A stretch of DNA of 64,000 nucleotides, taken from assembly GCA_964016885.1 (NCBI GenBank), contig OZ024740.1:415958001-416022000 (forward strand), written 5' to 3'. The position numbers and the translations under genes are program-made. Positions 58,501 through 64,000 of the stretch are shown here, in pieces (the first letter of the stretch is position 1; each line of letters starts with the position of its first letter). The notes under the pieces are model-generated. The model did not search any database and was not told the DNA's origin. It saw only the letters and a program-made list of their open reading frames with translations. Source of the stretch: Eledone cirrhosa (Eukaryota).

Positions 58501-61500
58501 TGCTAAATTTATTTACTACTCAAACCTTTAGAATTGCTAAATTTATTACTACTCAAACCTTTAGAATTGCTAAATTTATTAACTACTCAAACCTTTAGAA
58601 TTGCTAAATTTATTCACTACTCAAACCTTTAGAATTGCTAAATTTATTCACTACTCAAACGTTTTGAATTGCTAAATTTATTTACTACTCAAACCTTTAG
58701 AATTGCTAAATTTATTTACTATTCAAACCTTTAGAATTGCTAAAATTATTTACTACTCAAACCTTTAGAATTGCTAAATTTATTTAATATTCAAACCTTT
58801 AGAATTGCTAAATTTATTAACTACTCAAACCTTTAGAATTGCTAAATGTTTTTACTACTCAAACCTTTGGAATTGCTCAAATTATTTACTACTCAAACCT
58901 TTAGAATTGCTAAATTTATTAACTACTCAAACCTTTAGAATTGCTAAATGTATTTACTACTCAAACCTTTGGAATTGCTAAATTTATTTACTACTCAAAC
59001 CTCTAGAACTGCTAAATTTATTTACTAATCAAACCTTTAGAATTACTAAATATATTTACTACTCAAACCTTTTGAATTTGTAAATTTATTTACTACTCAA
59101 ACCTTTAGAATTGCTTAATTTAATAACTACTCAAACCTTTAGAATTGCTAAATTTATTCACTACTCAAACCTTTAGAATTGCTAAATTTATTTACTACTC
59201 AAACCTTTAGAATTGCTAAATTTATTAACTACTCAAACCTTTAGAATTGCTCAAATTATTTACTACTCACACCTTTAGAATTGCTAAATTTATTTACTAA
59301 TCAAACCTTTAGAATTGCTAAATTTATTTACTATTCAAACCTTTAGAATTGCTAAATTTATTTACTAGTCACTCCTTTAGAATTGCTAAATGTATTTACT
59401 AATCACACCTTTAGAATTGCTAAATTTATTTACTACTCAAACCTTTAGAATTGCTAAATTTATTTACTACTCAAACCTTTAGAATTGCTAAATTTATTTA
59501 CTACTCAAACCTTTAGAATTGCTAAATTTATTACTACTCAAACCTTTAGAATTGCTAAATTTATTAACTACTCAAACCTTTAGAATTGCTAAATTTATTC
59601 AATACTCAAACCTGTAGAATTGCTAAATTTATTCACTACTCAAACGTTTTGAATTGCTAAATTTATTTACTACTCAAACCTTTAGAATTGCTAAATTTAT
59701 TTACTATTCAAACCTTTAGAATTGCTAAATTTATTAACTACTCAAACCTTTAGAATTGCTAAATGTATTTACTACTCAAACCTTTGGAATTGCTAAATTT
59801 ATTACTACTCAAACCTTTAGAATTGCTAAATTTATTAACTACTCAAACCTTTAGAATTGCTAAATTTATTTACTACTCAAACCTTTAGAATTGCTAAATT
59901 TATTCACTACTCAAACCTTTAGAATTGCTAAATTTATTCACTACTCAAACCTTTTGAATTGCTAAATTTATTTACTACTCAAACCTTTAGAATTGCTAAA
60001 TTTATTAACTACTCAAATCTTTAGAATTGCTCAAATTATTTACTACTCAAACCTTTAGAATTGCTAAATTTATTTACTAATCAAACCTTTAGAATTGCTA
60101 AATTTATTTACTACTCAAACCTTTAGAATTGCTAAATGTATTTACTACTAACACCTTTAGAATTGCTAAATTTATTTACTACTCAAACCTTTAGAATTGC
60201 TAAATTTATTTACTACTCAAACCTTTAGTATTGCTAAATTTATTATCTACTCAAACCTTTAGAATTGCTAAACGTATTTACTACTCAAACCTTTGGAATT
60301 GCTAAATTTATTTACTACTCAAACCTTTAGAATTGCTAAATTTATTAACTACTCAAACCTTTAGAATTGATAAATTTATTAACTATTCAAACCTATAGAA
60401 TTGCTAAAATTATTTACTACTCAAACCTTTAGAATTGCTAAATTTATTTACTACTGAAACCTTTAGAATTGATAAATTTATTTACTACTCAAACCTTTAG
60501 AATTGCTAAATTTATTTACTATTCAATCCTTTAGAATTGCTAAATTTATTTACTACTCAAACCTTTAGAATTGCTAAATTTATTTACTATTCAAACCTTT
60601 AGAATTGATGAATTTATTTACTACTCAAACCTTTAGAATTGCTAAATTTATTTACTACTCAAACCTTTAGAATTACTAAATTTATTTACTACTCAAACCT
60701 TTAGAATTGCTAAATGTTTTTACTACTCAAACCTTTGGAATTGCTCAAATTATTTACTACTCAAACCTTTAGAATTGCTAAATTTATTAACTACTCAAAC
60801 CTTTAGAATTGCTAAATGTATTTACTACTCAAACCTTTGGAATTGCTAAATTTATTTACTACTCAAACCTTTAGAAATTGTAAATTTATTTACTACTCAA
60901 ACCTTTAGAATTGCTAAATTTAATAACTACTCAAACCTTTAGAATTGCTAAATTTATTCAATACTCAAACCTTTAGAATTGCTAAATTTATTTACTACTC
61001 AAACCTTTAGAATTGCTAAATTTATTAACTACTCAAACCTTTAGAATTGCTCAAATTATTTACTACTCAAACCTTAAGAATTGCTAAATTTATTTACTAT
61101 TCAAACCTTTAGAATTGCTAAATTTATTTACTAGTCACACCTTTAGAATTGCTAAATGTATTTACTACTCAAACCTTTAGAATTGCTAAATGTATTTACT
61201 ACTCAAACCTTTGGAATTGCTAAATTTATTTACTACTCAAACCTTTAGAATTGCTAAATTTATTTACTACTCAAACCTTTTGAATTGATGAATTTATTTA
61301 CTACTCAAACCTTTAGAATTGCTAAATTTATTTACTACTCAAACCTTTAGAATTGCTAAATTTATTACTACTCAAACCTTTAGAATTGCTAAATTTATTA
61401 ACTACTCAAACCTTTAGAATTGCTAAATTTATTCACTACTCAAACCTTTAGAATTGCTAAATTTATTCACTACTCAAACGTTTTGAATTGCTAAATTTAT

Positions 61501-64000
61501 TTACTACTCAAACCTTTAGAATTGCTAAATTTATTTACTATTCAAACCTTTAGAATTGCTAAATTTATTAACTACTCAAACCTTTAGAATTGCTAAATGT
61601 ATTTACTACTCAAACCTTTGGAATTGCTAAATTTATTACTACTCAAACCTTTAGAATTGCTAAATTTATTAACTACTCAAACCTTTAGAATTGCTAAATT
61701 TATTCACTACTCAAACCTTTTGAATTGCTAAATTTATTTACTACTCAAACCTTTAGAATTGCTAAATTTATTAACTACTCAAATCTTTAGAATTGCTCAA
61801 ATTATTTACTACTCAAACCTTTAGAATTGCTAAATTTATTTACTACTCAAACCTTTAGAATTGCTAAATTTATTTACTACTCAAACCTTTAGAATTGCTA
61901 AATGTATTTACTACTAACACCTTTAGAATTGCTAAATTTATTTACTACTCAAACATTTAGAATTGCTAAACGTATTTACTACTCAAACCTTTGGAATTGC
62001 TAAATTTATTTACTACTCAAACCTTTAGAATTGCTAAATTTATTAACTACTCAAACCTTTAGAATTGCTAAATTTATTAACTATTCAAACCTATAGAATT
62101 GCTAAAATTATTTACTACTCAAACCTTTAGAATTGCTAAATTTATTTACTACTCAAACTTTTAGAATTGCTAAATGTATTTACTACTCAAACCTTTAGAA
62201 TTGCTAAATTTATTTACTACTCAAACCTTTAGAATTGCTAAATTTATTAACTACACAAACCTTTAGAATTGCTAAACGTATTTACTACTCAAACCTTTGG
62301 AATTGCTAAATATATTTACTACTCAAACCTTTAGAATTGCTAAATTTATTAACTACTCAAACCTTTAGAATTGCTAAATTTATTAACTATTCAAACCTAT
62401 AGAATTGCTAAAATTATTTACTACTCAAACCTTTAGAATTGCTAAATTTATTTACTAGTCACACCTTTAGAATTGCTAAATGTATTTACTACTCAAACCT
62501 TTAGAATTGCTAAATGTATTTACTACTCAAACCTTTGGAATTGCTAAATTTATTTACTACTCAAACCTTTAGAATTGCTAAATTTATTTACTACTCAAAC
62601 CTTTTGAATTGATGAATTTATTTACTACTCAAACCTTTAGAATTGCTAAATTTATTTACTACTCAAACCTTTAGAATTGCTAAATTTATTCAATACTCAA
62701 ACCTTTAGAATTGCTAAATTTATTTACTACTCAAACCTTTAGAATTGCTAAATTTATTAACTACTCAAACCTTTAGAATTGCTCAAATTATTTACTACTC
62801 AAACCTTTGGAATTGCTAAATTTATTTACTATTCAAACCTTTAGAATTGCTAAATTTATTTACTAGTCACACCTTTAGAATTGCTAAATGTATTTACTAC
62901 TCAAACCTTTAGAATTGCTAAATGTATTTACTACTCAAACCTTTGGAATTGCTAAATTTATTTACTACTCAAACCTTTAGAACTGCTAAATTTATTTACT
63001 ACTCAAACCTTTAGAATTGCTAAATGTATTTACTACTCAAACCTTTTGAATTGATGAATTTATTTACTACTCAAACCTTTAGAATTGCTAAATTTATTTA
63101 CTACTCAAACCTTTAGAATTGCTAAATTTATTACTACTCAAACCTTTAGAATTGCTAAATTTATTAACTACTCAAACCTTTAGAATTGCTAAATTTATTC
63201 ACTACTCAAACCTTTAGAATTGCTAAATTTATTCACTACTCAAACGTTTTGAATTGCTAAATTTATTTACTACTCAAACCTTTAGAATTGCTAAATTTAT
63301 TTACTATTCAAACCTTTAGAATTGCTAAATTTATTAACTACTCAAACCTTTAGAATTGCTAAATGTATTTACTACTCAAACCTTTGGAATTGCTAAATTT
63401 ATTACTACTCAAACCTTTAGAATTGCTAAATTTATTAACTACTCAAACCTTTAGAATTGCTAAATTTATTCACTACTCAAACCTTTTGAATTGCTAAATT
63501 TATTTACTACTCAAACCTTTAGAATTGCTAAATTTATTAACTACTCAAATCTTTAGAATTGCTCAAATTATTTACTACTCAAACCTTTAGAATTGCTAAA
63601 TTTATTAACTATTCAAACCTATAGAATTGCTAAAATTATTTACTACTCAAACCTTTAGAATTGCTAAATTTATTTACTACTCAAACCTTTAGAATTGATA
63701 AATTTATTTACTACTCAAACCTTTAGAATTGCTAAATTTATTTACTATTCAATCCTTTAGAATTGCTAAATTTATTTACTACTCAAACCTTTAGAATTGA
63801 TGAATTTATTTACTACTCAAACCTTTAGAATTGCTAAATTTATTTACTACTCAAACCTTTAGAATTGCTAAATTTATTACTACTCAAACCTTTAGAATTG
63901 CTAAATTTATTAACTACTCAAACCTTTAGAATTGCTAAATTTATTTACTACTCAAACCTTTAGAATTGCTAAATTTATTCACTACTCAAACCTTTAGAAT

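Larger units (their letters stand above)
1..64000. repeat. Tandem satellite array, 34-bp AT-rich monomer (consensus TAAATTTATTTACTACTCAAACCTTTAGAATTGC), ~1,880 head-to-tail copies, running off both window edges
   Basis: The period is read directly (ATTTATTTAC at 1 and 35; TAAATT at 541 and 575). In indel-free stretches the 60-nt line pattern recurs every 17 lines (1,020 bp = 30 x 34). Monomers mostly carry 0-3 substitutions. No non-repeat sequence or inversion was seen. Confidence 0.99.
37100..64000. repeat. More heterogeneous satellite layer: mosaic of duplicated blocks with frequent 33-bp monomers and layer-specific variants
   Basis: Variants not seen in the core: CCTATAGA, CAATCC, TTTAGTATTG, TATTATCTAC, CCTTAAGA, ACGACAGAAA, AAAGTATT, ACTCATACC. 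The 34-bp phase slips by 1 bp repeatedly. Confidence 0.8.

Noticed and set aside
1-64000. CRISPR array (repeat length ~34 bp, weak dyad)
   Set aside because: The repeats abut directly with no unique spacers, and there is no leader or cas gene.
1-64000. Giant repeat protein under a TAA/TAG-reassigned (ciliate-type) code: three monomers give a 34-aa repeat and the consensus + strand has no TGA
   Set aside because: A period not divisible by 3 puts each base in all codon positions, so no codon-level constraint is possible. TGA-creating variants (TTTTGAA, TTGAT, ACTGAAA) and 1-bp indels occur freely.
1-64000. Telomerase-made telomeric repeat (C/G strand skew; TTTAG/CTAAA resembles part of plant TTTAGGG)
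   Set aside because: There are no G3 runs, and kilobase-scale inherited variant patterns indicate recombinational amplification rather than templated addition. A subtelomeric location cannot be excluded.
1-64000. Sequencing artefact (rolling-circle concatemer or low-complexity read error)
   Set aside because: Variants recur in ordered, nested blocks with exact offsets and block-specific private changes, unlike random errors on one template. Exact copy number could still be mis-assembled.
1-64000. Promoter/TATA-like, polyadenylation (AATAAA on the minus strand) or origin-like AT-rich motifs in each monomer
   Set aside because: These are expected by chance in a ~76% AT monomer, and there is no associated gene or other support.

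Overview
The whole 64-kb window is one uninterrupted, head-to-tail, single-orientation satellite array of about 1,880 copies of an AT-rich 34-bp monomer. The consensus is TAAATTTATTTACTACTCAAACCTTTAGAATTGC (8/34 G+C; 6 C vs 2 G on the + strand). I see no genes, RNA genes, transposon insertions, spacers or unique sequence, and the single ORF call is an artefact of the repeat. The information lies in the order of monomer variants, which forms a nested higher-order-repeat (HOR) hierarchy: 34 bp, then 748-bp (22-mer) and 1,020-bp (30-mer) blocks, then a 1,768-bp pair, then near-identical 5,506-bp (162-mer) super-units and deletion derivatives (5,064; 3,944; 2,720 bp). A highly homogeneous core (~0.65-37.1 kb) is flanked on both sides by a more diverged, indel-richer layer that shares diagnostic variants across ~39 kb. 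This resembles the layered expansion of eukaryotic centromeric satellites. Organism, satellite family and function cannot be determined from the sequence alone. All offsets were counted by eye from marker variants, and block boundaries are approximate to about one monomer.
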